This document shows positions 1-8,964 of a stretch of DNA of 34,198 nt, piece after piece; position 1 is the first letter of the stretch, and every line of letters begins with the position of its first letter. The stretch comes from a virus (taxonomy: Duplodnaviria > Caudoviricetes), in IMG/VR virus record IMGVR_UViG_3300034357_001685, positions 1 to 34,198 of that record; one strand, written 5' to 3'. Below the pieces are notes generated by a model, which was given only the letters and a program-made list of their open reading frames with translations, was not told where the DNA came from and ran no database searches. Both the position numbers and the translations under genes were made by a program.

Positions 1-38
1 CTGGAAGACCGCAGCAGGATTCAACACCTAAAAAAACC

Positions 39-581
39 ATGCCCAACATCTATGCTTTGGCCGACACGGCCACCGAGACCCTCTGCGAGGAACTCATGCG
101 ACTCTACCACCCAGACCTCGACACCACCGCCGCCACCATCGACCTCGTGTTCGCCCTGCGCGACCCCGAGAGCGACAGCGAAGCGCCTACCCTCGCCGTC
201 AATAGCCATCGCGCCTACGGCATCACAAAAATCCACAGCCTAAAAGAACGCGTGCTCGGCCTCAAGGATGCCGAGATCGTCCTCGACGGCGACGCCTGGC
301 CAAGCATGACCCCCCACGTCCGCCGTTCCGTGCTAGACCATCAACTGCAATACCTCGAGGTCCGCCGCGACAAAAATGGCGAGTATGTCCTCGACGACCT
401 AAACCGCCCAACCCTCAAAATGCGACAAACCGACCGCTCGTTCGGGTGGTTCGACGCCGTCGCCGAGCGCCACCGCGCCCACTCGCTGGAGTGCATCCAG
501 CTCCAAAAGCTCATCTCTGAGTCCGGCCAAATCTACATGCCCTTCGTCAACGACAACGGCTTACGCATCGCAAACTCATGA
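39..581 (+). CDS. putative phage metallopeptidase-family protein with degenerate active site
   Basis: 180-aa ORF with strong C3 codon bias. The segment 'DAEIVLDGDAW...RRSVLDHQLQYLEV' resembles the small phage metallopeptidase family (…LLDHELxH…), but HExxH reads HQLQY. Confidence 0.55.
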   Translation: MPNIYALADTATETLCEELMRLYHPDLDTTAATIDLVFALRDPESDSEAPTLAVNSHRAYGITKIHSLKERVLGLKDAEIVLDGDAWPSMTPHVRRSVLDHQLQYLEVRRDKNGEYVLDDLNRPTLKMRQTDRSFGWFDAVAERHRAHSLECIQLQKLISESGQIYMPFVNDNGLRIANS

Positions 582-862
582 GCACCGATACTCCACTACC
601 TACCGGCACATTGCCACCCAACACCAGAGTGCGCCACTACCCCGACGCCACCGAGGAATACCTCCGCTACCAAGTCGGCGAGTATGTGAGCCGCCCGCTC
701 GAGTCCCCCCGCTACAACGGCCCCGTCTGTGTCGGTCACACCTCGTCAACCTCCCGCACCGTCGGGATCTTCCATGCCATCGGCTGGGGATCCTCCCTCG
801 ACGCCGCGCGAGCCATGTATCTGGCAAAAACCCAACCCACCCGCCGCCGCAAGAACCCATGA
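578..862 (+). CDS. hypothetical phage protein
   Basis: 94 aa, with ATGA overlaps to both neighbours and codon bias like the flanking genes. Confidence 0.65.
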   Translation: MSTDTPLPTGTLPPNTRVRHYPDATEEYLRYQVGEYVSRPLESPRYNGPVCVGHTSSTSRTVGIFHAIGWGSSLDAARAMYLAKTQPTRRRKNP

Positions 863-1059
863 GCTACCAAGAAATCCAAATCCTCGACGCCATGAACGAA
901 AGCGGCCGCGCCTTCGACCGGGGCATCGCCTCCCTCTACTCCGTCGCCAACACCGCCCAACGCTACCGCGTCCGCGAATTGTTCCGCGACGAGTGGGACC
1001 GCTACGCAAAAATCTCCGACGAAAACCCGACCACCCACCCGCAGGAACCCTACCTATGA
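859..1059 (+). CDS. hypothetical phage protein
   Basis: 66 aa, translationally coupled (ATGA) at both ends. Confidence 0.7.
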   Translation: MSYQEIQILDAMNESGRAFDRGIASLYSVANTAQRYRVRELFRDEWDRYAKISDENPTTHPQEPYL

Positions 1060-2228
1060 GCGATCCCCGCCCACTCACCTCCGCCAGCAATATCCACCGC
1101 CGCGCCGAATGCCCCGGCAGCGCCCACGCGGAATTCGGCCTGCCCAATGAGGACTCCGAAGCCGCCAACGAAGGCACGATGCTCCACACCCACATGGCCG
1201 AGCCCACGCTCGACCGCACCCACCTCACCCCCGAGCAACTCAAAACGCTCCACAGCGCGACCGAAGGCAACGCGACAATCTGGGAAATGGTCGCCGCCGC
1301 CTCCACCCGGCGCGAAGACACATGGGACGGCGAATACACCCAGGGCGAGGAAATCGAACTCTGGCTCCGGCGCGGCATCCGGCCCGTATTCAGCGGCCAC
1401 TGCGACCTCTGGCGCTACTACCCCGCCGCCAAACTCCTCGTCATTCTGGATTACAAATTCGGACGCGTCCCCGTCGAAGACGCCGAGAGCAACCTGCAAC
1501 TCCGCGCCTATGCCGCCATGGGTGCCGACAAATGGGATTGCGACCATGTGCTCGTCGCCATTAACCAACCCCGCCTCCCATACGAACAACGCCTCCACAT
1601 TGCCGAATACACCCGCGAGGCATTGCAGCAGGCCAAAGCCCAACTCCTCGCAACCTACGACGCCGCCCACAACCCCGACGGCTCGCCCCGCGAGGACGCC
1701 CCGCGCAAAGCCAGCGAGAGCGCCTGCCGCTACTGCCGCGCCTCCCTAGAGTGCCCGACCTACCGCGAGACCTACTCGTTCCTCGCCGAGGCCGCCCCCA
1801 TGGGCAAACAGGCTTATGTGCAAGACCGCCTCATGCGCATCGGCGATGAGGACCTCGACAAGGTTTACACCGCCTGCAAGTTCGCCGCTCTCATTCAGGA
1901 CAGCGCGAAGGAAGAAATCCTGCGCCGTCTCAAACTCGGCGGCATGCCAGGGTGGCAATCCACTCCCGGCCGCAAAAACACTGACATCACCGACCGCCCC
2001 CGCGCCGTGCGCCTCCTCCAGGGCATCGGCCTCCCCATCGAAGCCGTCCTCGAGTGCGCCAAGATCAGCCTCCCAGACCTCGCCGAGGAACTCCGCCGCC
2101 GCAACGGGCTCAAACAAAAAGAGGCCAAAGAGCAAATCTACCTCACCCTCCAACCCGTCATCGAGGTCAAGGACACCTCGCCCATCCTCAAACGCGTCGA
2201 GGCCGGCCAACCAGAGCTACTGCCATGA
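1056..2228 (+). CDS. Cas4/AddB-like PD-(D/E)XK nuclease (DUF2800-type)
   Basis: Likely start is ATG 1056 (ATGA overlap). Motifs: N-terminal 'ECPGS…A.EGTMLH', nuclease 'GHCD…ILDYKFG…N.QLRAYA', and C-terminal 'CRYCRASLECP' Cys cluster. Confidence 0.85.
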   Translation: MSDPRPLTSASNIHRRAECPGSAHAEFGLPNEDSEAANEGTMLHTHMAEPTLDRTHLTPEQLKTLHSATEGNATIWEMVAAASTRREDTWDGEYTQGEEIELWLRRGIRPVFSGHCDLWRYYPAAKLLVILDYKFGRVPVEDAESNLQLRAYAAMGADKWDCDHVLVAINQPRLPYEQRLHIAEYTREALQQAKAQLLATYDAAHNPDGSPREDAPRKASESACRYCRASLECPTYRETYSFLAEAAPMGKQAYVQDRLMRIGDEDLDKVYTACKFAALIQDSAKEEILRRLKLGGMPGWQSTPGRKNTDITDRPRAVRLLQGIGLPIEAVLECAKISLPDLAEELRRRNGLKQKEAKEQIYLTLQPVIEVKDTSPILKRVEAGQPELLP

Positions 2229-2668
2229 CCACCCCCATCTCCTTCACGGTCCTTGGCGACCCCAAAGGCCAACCCCGCCCCAAGGCATTTTCGCGCGGAG
2301 GCCACGCCGCCGTCTACGACCCCGGCACCGCCGAGGGCTGGAAAAGCGCCATCGCCGTCGCCGCCAAGGAAGCTGGCGCCGTGGGCCTCCTGCTCACCGG
2401 CCCCCTGCGCCTCACCCTCTCCTGCTATTTCCGCCGGCCCCGCGCCCACTACCGCACCGGCAAGCGTGCCGCCGAACTCCGTGACGACATCACCCTCTGG
2501 CACACAAAAAAACCCGACGCCGACAACGTCGGCAAAGCCGCCGCCGACGCCCTCACACACCTAGGCACTTGGCACGACGACTCTCAAATCTGCGAGTTCA
2601 TCGTCCGCAAACGCTACACAGCCTCCATCGCTCACACCGAAATCACCATCGAAGACCTGGCCGAATGA
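2225..2668 (+). CDS. rusA: RusA-family Holliday junction resolvase
   Basis: 'F.V.GDPKGQPRP', 'KKPDADNVGKA..DAL' and 'W.DDSQI' motifs; ATGA-coupled start at 2225. Confidence 0.9.
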   Translation: MTTPISFTVLGDPKGQPRPKAFSRGGHAAVYDPGTAEGWKSAIAVAAKEAGAVGLLLTGPLRLTLSCYFRRPRAHYRTGKRAAELRDDITLWHTKKPDADNVGKAAADALTHLGTWHDDSQICEFIVRKRYTASIAHTEITIEDLAE

Positions 2669-2955
2669 AAACTGAAAAAGCCCTCTCCAAGCGAGCATTC
2701 ATGCGGCTCACCGGGTTTTCTTTCCCGACCGTCCAGCAGCTTTGGAACGACCCGTCGTTCCCCGTGGTCGCCGAGAAACTGTTTTGGTCGGACTTTGTGG
2801 CGTGGCGGCGGCGTAACCTGCGAGCCCCGCGTTCGCATACTCCGCCAAATCCTGCACCCGGTGGCGATCATACAACAAATGCACCAACTCCGAAGAGTGG
2901 TTCACCAGTCGCATTGCCACCTCGCGCGGCACGCCTTCGCGCCTCATTTGCGTAA
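2665..2955 (+). CDS. putative excisionase / small HTH DNA-binding protein
   Basis: 'ALSKRAFMRLTGFSFPTVQQLW…FP…LFWSDFVAW' is a winged-HTH Xis-like pattern. It converges on the integrase and has an ATGA-coupled start. Confidence 0.6.
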   Translation: MKTEKALSKRAFMRLTGFSFPTVQQLWNDPSFPVVAEKLFWSDFVAWRRRNLRAPRSHTPPNPAPGGDHTTNAPTPKSGSPVALPPRAARLRASFA

Positions 2956-3841
2956 TCTTTGTCACCCGCAAACAATGGAAACTCACGCCCTTGATTCCCA
3001 AGCTTTGGAAAAAATTCTGCCAGCACCTCGACGGCTGGAACGGAAACTCGGCGATTGTATGTGTCCGGCGTTTTTCCTTTTTCATCGCGCGAAACATTTC
3101 CATGAGCGCGTCGGGAATCGGAACACTAAACGCCTTGCGCCGCCCACCCTTCGGAGCGGGAAATGTGATCGTAGGCACGGCGGCTTCCAGGTCGATGAAG
3201 GTGAGGGGAATCCTCGTTTCCCTCAAGCGGCAGCCGGTGAAAAGGCCAATTTCAAAACACACCCGCATCCATTCCTCGCGGGATTTCACGGCCTCTCGGC
3301 ACAATTCAATCTCCTCCGGGGTGAATGCTCGCTTCACCTTTGTCTCATCCTTGCGAAGTTTCAGGCTCGCCAGCGGGTTGGCGACAATCAGGCTGCGTCG
3401 CACCGCTTCGTTCATAATCATTTGGAGAAATTTAATTTCTTGGATCGCCGTGTTGCGCCCGGCCCGCTTACCGCTCTTCTTTTTCTGATTGGGGCGCCAC
3501 ACGATATAATCCTCCACATGCGAGTAGCGCACAGAGGAGATGTCCAGACGATTTTCCTGCAGGAACATCTGCATCCATTTCCAAGCTCCGTTGTAGCGGA
3601 TCTTGCTGTCCTCGGCCAAGCCGCTCGTCGCGATAAATCGATCCACCCACTCCCAGCCAATCTTGGAAACCGGGGCCGAGCGAAATTCCGAAACCTCCGC
3701 CTCGGCGCGCAAGGCGCGAGCCTTCGCCGTCTCATTGGGGTCATCGTGTCGCAGGCCTGTGGAGGATTTCTTCCATTCTCCGTCAACTTTGTGACGCAGA
3801 TACCAGAACGGCTTGCCGGACATTTTGAAAAGAGAGGCCAT
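2708..3841 (-). CDS. int: tyrosine recombinase (phage integrase)
   Basis: Catalytic residues R (FTGCRLRE), K (PKGG), HxxR (FHCLR), H (VNHSS) and Y (LLYDR); N-terminal arm-binding-like 'FWYLRHKVDGEWKKSSTG'. Confidence 0.92.
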   Translation of the reverse strand: MASLFKMSGKPFWYLRHKVDGEWKKSSTGLRHDDPNETAKARALRAEAEVSEFRSAPVSKIGWEWVDRFIATSGLAEDSKIRYNGAWKWMQMFLQENRLDISSVRYSHVEDYIVWRPNQKKKSGKRAGRNTAIQEIKFLQMIMNEAVRRSLIVANPLASLKLRKDETKVKRAFTPEEIELCREAVKSREEWMRVCFEIGLFTGCRLRETRIPLTFIDLEAAVPTITFPAPKGGRRKAFSVPIPDALMEMFRAMKKEKRRTHTIAEFPFQPSRCWQNFFQSLGIKGVSFHCLRVTKITQMRREGVPREVAMRLVNHSSELVHLLYDRHRVQDLAEYANAGLAGYAAATPQSPTKTVSRRPRGTTGRSKAAGRSGKKTR

Positions 3842-3851
3842 GATTATTTTG

Positions 3852-4031
3852 TGTTCCCCCTCGTCAGGGGGACAAGGGGGACAAACTCACAAAACACGAT
3901 GTCGCTTCTCTAGGCAAATCAAAACATTATGAAACGCTATAAAACGGATACTAAAATCGCCGGTTCGATTCCGGCCCTCGCCTCCCTTACCAATCAACGA
4001 CTTGCGGAGCAAAGGGGACAAGAGGGGGACA
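3852..4031. mobile_element. attP-like attachment site (core, IHF sites and arm repeats)
   Basis: Core 3959-3985. WATCAANNNNTTR matches at 3917-3929 and 3992-4004. AGGGG(G)ACA repeats at 3866-3874, 3875-3883, 4013-4020 and 4023-4031, plus an inverted variant at 3852-3861. Lies directly upstream of int. Confidence 0.85.
3959..3985 (+). tRNA. 3' fragment of a tRNA (probably tRNA-Cys) serving as att core; not a full tRNA gene
   Basis: GCCGG-TTCGATT-CCGGC T-arm, then CCTCGCC (acceptor 3' strand), discriminator T and CC. An implied 5' GGC plus U73 is characteristic of bacterial tRNA-Cys. Confidence 0.8.
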
Positions 4032-5173
4032 TGGAGGCTCTTGGCGGGGTTCGATTACGGGACTACCAAATACCGGCGGTTGAGCGGTTGAGTGGGTGCG
4101 AGAGGGGGATTTGCAAGGCTCCGGCGGGGTCGGGTAAAACAATTATTGCGGCGGCGGCGCTGGATCGTTGGGTGGGACGCCGGATCGGGCGCTCTCGGGT
4201 GATATGGGTTGCGAATACGGTAGATCAGCTCGACCAGGCGCGGCGCGCGGTGGCTTTGTTCCCGGGGATCGCCCATTTCGCGGCGGTGGATTTCGCGTGC
4301 TATGCCGGCGTCGCGTCGCTCGCAGGGTATGGTTTGGTGATCTGCGATGAGTGCCACCATGTGGCGGCTCCGGGGTTTGCTCCCAAACTGGGGTTCTACG
4401 GAGGCCCTCGATGGGGGTTGAGCGCTACGCCGGATCGCGCGGATGATCTCAAGGAGACGGTCTATGCGTTGCTGGGGGACATCGTCTATGAGGTGCCGAG
4501 GGAGGCGCTGGTGGACGCCCGGCAACTGGCGCAAGCTCAGGTGCTCGTGCATGCGCCCAACCGAAAGGGGGACATGGAGGGGGACATACGCGCGGCCGCG
4601 CTGCCTGCCTATGAGGAGCGGAAACGCAAATGGCCATGGCTGTTCCGGTCAAAACAATCTGCCGATGATCAGATGGGGCGCTGCGTGTGGCAATCCGCTC
4701 AAGAGGTTGGCATTTTCCAAAACGCAGCGCGAAACCAGCGCATCGTCGCGTTGGCGCGCGAGCACGCGGCCGATTCGACGCTAATATTGGTCGGCAGTAT
4801 TGTGCATGGGTTGGCTATCGCGGCTCAGGTTGCCGGGGCCGAGGTGTGTTACGCCAAACTGGGCGCAAAAAAACGCCGCGCAATGATTGCAGCGTTTGCA
4901 GCGGGCGAGCTCAAAACCATGGTCGCAACGAGCCTGGCGGATGAGGGGCTGGATGTGCCACGGGCAAATTGCCTGATCCTTGCGGCGGCGGGACGCAGCG
5001 CGGCGAAGGCGGAGCAGCGGACGGGGCGGGTGCTGCGGGCGTTCGCGGATAAGACACACGGAACGATCCACGACTTTGCGGACTTGCAGCATTATTTCCT
5101 CGCGGCGCAAGCGCGTAAGCGGATCGCTGTTTATCGCTCCCTCGGATATACCATCACGGAGGTGACGCCATGA
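4031..5173 (+). CDS. SF2 DEAD/DEAH-box (ResIII-like) helicase
   Basis: 'LRDYQ', Walker A 'APAGSGKT', 'DECHH', 'GLSATP.R.D', 'DEGLDVP' and 'QRTGRVLR'. Start placed at ATG 4031 because the upstream extension crosses attP. Confidence 0.9.
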   Translation: MEALGGVRLRDYQIPAVERLSGCERGICKAPAGSGKTIIAAAALDRWVGRRIGRSRVIWVANTVDQLDQARRAVALFPGIAHFAAVDFACYAGVASLAGYGLVICDECHHVAAPGFAPKLGFYGGPRWGLSATPDRADDLKETVYALLGDIVYEVPREALVDARQLAQAQVLVHAPNRKGDMEGDIRAAALPAYEERKRKWPWLFRSKQSADDQMGRCVWQSAQEVGIFQNAARNQRIVALAREHAADSTLILVGSIVHGLAIAAQVAGAEVCYAKLGAKKRRAMIAAFAAGELKTMVATSLADEGLDVPRANCLILAAAGRSAAKAEQRTGRVLRAFADKTHGTIHDFADLQHYFLAAQARKRIAVYRSLGYTITEVTP

Positions 5174-6792
5174 AAAACCTGCGCAATCTCATCAATGGCG
5201 GGGGGGACGTGGAACCGACGAGGGAAGAAATCGCCGAACGATTGCAGGAGCCCTACCGGAGTGCTCCGCCTGCGCGATTAGCTCAATCCGTGAGCGTGCC
5301 GTCCGGAGTGGCTCAATCGCACGAGGCGGAGAAAGGGGTGCTGTCGAGCATTCTAAACGCGGCGCTCGAGGGCGGGGACGCTGCGAGGAGGGCTATGTTT
5401 TTCGCGGAGTCGAAGGTGGCGTCGGGTCATTTTTTCGACGAGGCGCACAGAGAAATCTGGATCGCGCTGAAGGGGTTGCACGCTGACAATGAGCCGATGG
5501 ATTTTATCACTCTGACGAATGCGTTGGAGGGGTGTCGGAGCTTGGAGCGGGTGGGGGGGGCGGGCTACATTACCGAGTTGGCGCTGTATGTGCCTACTGC
5601 GGCGAACATTGACCACTATGCAGACATTCTGCAGGAAAAACATGGGTTGCGTTGTTTGGCGGCGGTGGCGGAGCGGTTGCGCGTGGCCGCGAGTGATGGC
5701 GCTGCGCGACCGGGAGATGTGTTGGACGAGGTGCAGGAGGCGCTGCAGCGCATTAAGGTCGGGCAACGCGTGGGAGTTTTGCCCGACCTGGACGATATGG
5801 CGGATTTCACAGGGGACAATCTGCCAACCCCGCCGGCGGAGTTGGTGAGCGGGCTGTTGCATCAGGGCAGCAAACTCATTATTGGCGGCACATCGAAGGG
5901 GCGAAAAACATTTTCGCTGATGGATTTGGCCATCTCTGTCGCGACTGGAGCGGATTGGTGGGGCCACCGGACGATCAAGGGCAAAGTTTGTTACATTAAC
6001 TTTGAGATTCAGCGGCCCTTTTTTGCCAAGAGATTCACGGACATCTGCCGGGCAAAGGGGGTGACGCCCGCGCGCGGCATGTTTCGGTGTTGGACGCTGA
6101 GGGGCTATGTGGAGGGCATCGAGAAGATGGCGGCCGAGATCACGAAGATTTTGCTGCAGGGGGACTATTCCCTAATTGTTTTTGACCCAATCTACAAGGC
6201 GCTCGGGGACCGCGACGAGAACAAAGCCGGGGATGTGGCGTCGATGCTCAATGAACTGGAGGCCATCGCGGTAAAGACCGGTGCGGCGATTGCATTCGGC
6301 GCTCACTATTCCAAGGGCAACCAAGCGGCAAAGGATGCCATGGACCGCATCGGGGGGTCGGGTGTGTTTGCGCGCGATCCGGATGCCATTCTGACCATGA
6401 CGCCGCACGAGGAGGAGGAGGCATTTACAGTGGATTGCACCCTGCGGAATTTTGCGCCGAAGGATCCTTTTGTCGTCAAGTGGGATTGGCCGCTGTTTAC
6501 CCGCGACGAGGGGCTGAATCCCGAGGCGTTGAAGAAACCCAAACAGGTCGGCAAAGCCCGCACAGAGGATGGGCAGTTCAACAAACGCTACACGGTGGAT
6601 CACATTCTCGACTGCCTGAAAGAGACGGTGGGCGGACGCAAGCCCACGGAACTCCTCCGGCTCGTGGCCGAGCAGACCGGAATGGGCAAATCGAAATTCT
6701 GGATGCTTTGGGACGAGGCGAAGGCCAGCCCCTATGTGATCCAGAAGGAGCGGAGATTTTTCCACATTAGTTCATTCACCAAACAACCATGA
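5170..6792 (+). CDS. replicative helicase: DnaB N-terminal domain fused to RepA/AAA_25-type ATPase
   Basis: DnaB-N signatures 'AEKGVLSSIL…FF…HREIW…DFITL…VGGAGYITEL…VPTAANIDHYA'; Walker A 'GGTSKGRKT'; Walker B 'LIVFDPIY'; 'HYSKG…GSGVFARDPD'. Confidence 0.85.
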   Translation: MKNLRNLINGGGDVEPTREEIAERLQEPYRSAPPARLAQSVSVPSGVAQSHEAEKGVLSSILNAALEGGDAARRAMFFAESKVASGHFFDEAHREIWIALKGLHADNEPMDFITLTNALEGCRSLERVGGAGYITELALYVPTAANIDHYADILQEKHGLRCLAAVAERLRVAASDGAARPGDVLDEVQEALQRIKVGQRVGVLPDLDDMADFTGDNLPTPPAELVSGLLHQGSKLIIGGTSKGRKTFSLMDLAISVATGADWWGHRTIKGKVCYINFEIQRPFFAKRFTDICRAKGVTPARGMFRCWTLRGYVEGIEKMAAEITKILLQGDYSLIVFDPIYKALGDRDENKAGDVASMLNELEAIAVKTGAAIAFGAHYSKGNQAAKDAMDRIGGSGVFARDPDAILTMTPHEEEEAFTVDCTLRNFAPKDPFVVKWDWPLFTRDEGLNPEALKKPKQVGKARTEDGQFNKRYTVDHILDCLKETVGGRKPTELLRLVAEQTGMGKSKFWMLWDEAKASPYVIQKERRFFHISSFTKQP

Positions 6793-7019
6793 AAATACAA
6801 AATACAATCACAGTCGCAGGAGAGCGAGACCAGCTTTCTAGCTCCGGCAACGTCGAAATGTTCACGTTTGAAATAACTTCCAGGCATGCACTTACAAAGC
6901 TCGCCGTCGAAGAGATTGCCAATATGCACGGATTCGGCGGGCAGTCGTTTGCAGCCGAGCACGCGCAGCACGATGGGACACACATATGGACAGGGCAATC
7001 AACGCGATACAGCGACTAA
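6789..7019 (+). CDS. hypothetical phage protein
   Basis: 76 aa with ATGA-coupled start. Confidence 0.55.
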   Translation: MKIQNTITVAGERDQLSSSGNVEMFTFEITSRHALTKLAVEEIANMHGFGGQSFAAEHAQHDGTHIWTGQSTRYSD

Positions 7020-7024
7020 CGAAT

Positions 7025-7654
7025 ATGGACACACCAGAGACGGACGAGCTCTATGAGCGCCTACTGAAAGAGAATCCCGGCAATCTCATTTATTTGGAGG
7101 AGATGCTAGAGCTGGCCCGCAAACTAGAGCGTGAGCGCGACGAGGCGCGAACAGAGCGCGACATTCTTGAAATCGTTGATCCAGCATGGCCTGTATTTAT
7201 TCGACAAATGGAACGCGAGCGCGACGAGGCGAGAAACCAGCGAGACATTTTGCGTCTCGATGCTCAACGCGAGGCAGAGCATCACGACCGGATGGTTGGA
7301 GAGCTTGAAAAGGTCTACGCTGAGCGCGACGAGGCGAGGGAGGAGCGGGACAGTCTGCAAGTCATGCGCAAGGAGGTTGTTGCCGCTAACAAAGGAGCAA
7401 AAATCAACGCACATGTTAGCAACAGCCTTGCTGGTAAACTCAACCGGGCAGAGCGCGAGCGTGACGAGGCGCGGGCTGAGTTAGCCGAGTGGACGGACTC
7501 CGCCAAAAATGTCAGAAAGGAATTCGAGGACGAGCACCATTGTTCCTGCGTTCCAATTCTCCGAAAACTCCTGAAAGACGCTGAGCGCGAGCGCGACGAG
7601 GCGAGGGAGGAAATTCAAAGGCTGCGTCTCGCACTAAAAACGCACGATTTATGA
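7025..7654 (+). CDS. coiled-coil protein with five ERDEAR repeats
   Basis: Starts 'MDTPETD' and carries five in-frame (E)RDEAR repeats. Confidence 0.75.
   Translation: MDTPETDELYERLLKENPGNLIYLEEMLELARKLERERDEARTERDILEIVDPAWPVFIRQMERERDEARNQRDILRLDAQREAEHHDRMVGELEKVYAERDEAREERDSLQVMRKEVVAANKGAKINAHVSNSLAGKLNRAERERDEARAELAEWTDSAKNVRKEFEDEHHCSCVPILRKLLKDAERERDEAREEIQRLRLALKTHDL
7133..7603 (+). repeat. five dispersed direct repeats GAGCG(C/T)GACGAGGCG
   Basis: Copies at 7133, 7217, 7322, 7457 and 7589; periods 84, 105, 135 and 132 nt, all multiples of 3. Confidence 0.9.
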
Positions 7655-7697
7655 AAATACAGGTTTACTGCAGAGGGTCTCATTCATATAGCTAAGT

Positions 7698-8117
7698 GTG
7701 AAAACGACAAAATACCTCCTCAAGACAGAGAACGGAATGTTCCTCGGCAGCCCTACCAATACGCTGACCGATAACATTCAGATGGCTGCGGTGTTCAACC
7801 CCTACCAAAACCCTCCGCACGAGACTGCGGCCAGATTTGGTATACGGTTCGGGAAAATGACTCCGATGGAACTTATCCCACTCAGCGGCGGGATATTCCC
7901 GAAATACGAGTTGAAGGAAATCGGGCAAAACTTCAATCAGAAACCAACCTTCCAAGCACGCGATTACATCATCACCCGTGACGGGTATCGCGGAATCGTG
8001 ATTCGCCAACTGGATCGCGGTGACATGTATGAGATTAAAACCGCTGGCGGATACACAATACGCGATGCGAACGATCTCAACCTCGACGAACTCATGTTGG
8101 AGGAGGCCGCAGCATGA
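7698..8117 (+). CDS. hypothetical phage protein
   Basis: 139-aa ORF with GTG start and ATGA overlap with the next gene. Confidence 0.6.
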   Translation: MKTTKYLLKTENGMFLGSPTNTLTDNIQMAAVFNPYQNPPHETAARFGIRFGKMTPMELIPLSGGIFPKYELKEIGQNFNQKPTFQARDYIITRDGYRGIVIRQLDRGDMYEIKTAGGYTIRDANDLNLDELMLEEAAA

Positions 8118-8905
8118 TCCCAAAAATCATACTTAGCCTCTTTGACCACACGGGAAACTGGGCCAGGCCTTTTGCCGAGGCCGGGCATGAAGTGATCGCC
8201 CTTGACATCAAGAACGAAGGCGAACTTGGTGATGTGAACCGGTTCAGCGTGGAATTCCTCGTTGAGGAACTTGGAATCGAATGGGTGGACGCGATTATTG
8301 CCGCGCCGCCTTGCACGGACTTCACGAACAGCGGCGCATGGAAGTGGAAGGAGAAAGACGCCGATGGACGCACCGCCGCCAGCACGGAACTGGTTTATCA
8401 AACCCTGCGCACGGTGGAATTCTTCAAGCCGGATTGGTGGGTGCTCGAAAACCCCGTGGGCCGCATCCACAAGCTCGTGCCCAGCTTGGGCAAGCCTCTC
8501 GCATTTGATCCGGCCGATTATGCCGGCCACATTGCCACCCCAGACGATGCCGCCACGATTGACCGGCTCCGCGCCATGCCTATCGAGGACATGACCCAGC
8601 AGGACATCGAGGACATTAAAAGACTCAACCTCTACACGAAGAAGACCTGGCTCTTCGGGGATTTCAACCGTGACGGCCTAGCCGCTGCCAAGCGCCGGAT
8701 CGAGCCCATACGGGCGACTAAACAAGGTAGCTGGACACAGCGCCTCGGCGGCAAGAGCGAGAAGACTAAGGCCGCTCGCAGCGCCACCCCGGAGGGATTC
8801 GCCCTAGCATTCCACCAAGCGCATGATTGGTTTGTCAGCGAAAAACGGCGAATGGAGGACGGATTTGAAGACGAATCGGATGACGAATTGGAGGACGCCG
8901 CATGA
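8114..8905 (+). CDS. C5-cytosine DNA methyltransferase-like protein (short phage type)
   Basis: Motif I-like 'ILSLFDHTGNW', catalytic motif IV 'AAPPCTDF', motif VI 'VLENPVGR', and C-terminal 'RSATPEGFA'. Confidence 0.8.
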   Translation: MIPKIILSLFDHTGNWARPFAEAGHEVIALDIKNEGELGDVNRFSVEFLVEELGIEWVDAIIAAPPCTDFTNSGAWKWKEKDADGRTAASTELVYQTLRTVEFFKPDWWVLENPVGRIHKLVPSLGKPLAFDPADYAGHIATPDDAATIDRLRAMPIEDMTQQDIEDIKRLNLYTKKTWLFGDFNRDGLAAAKRRIEPIRATKQGSWTQRLGGKSEKTKAARSATPEGFALAFHQAHDWFVSEKRRMEDGFEDESDDELEDAA

Positions 8906-8964
8906 AAATACACCTCACCAAAACACTGTTTACTCATACAAAAAACGCACAACTTATGAAAATT

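Noticed and set aside
729-1055. N-terminal extensions given in the ORF track (starts 729, 2054, 2569, 3929, 6986, 10120)
   Set aside because: They overlap other genes or attP; downstream ATGs, mostly ATGA-coupled, fit the domain starts better.
2795-3913. 372-aa plus-strand ORF over the integrase
   Set aside because: Antisense shadow of int with non-protein-like composition.
3900-3990. Complete tRNA gene
   Set aside because: Only the T-arm and 3' acceptor strand are present; there is no matching 5' GGCGAGG, D-arm or anticodon arm upstream.
7133-7603. CRISPR array interpretation of the repeats
   Set aside because: The repeats are only 15 bp, the spacers are 69-120 nt and all in frame within an ORF, and there is no cas operon. 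The DUF2800 nuclease is a common phage gene.
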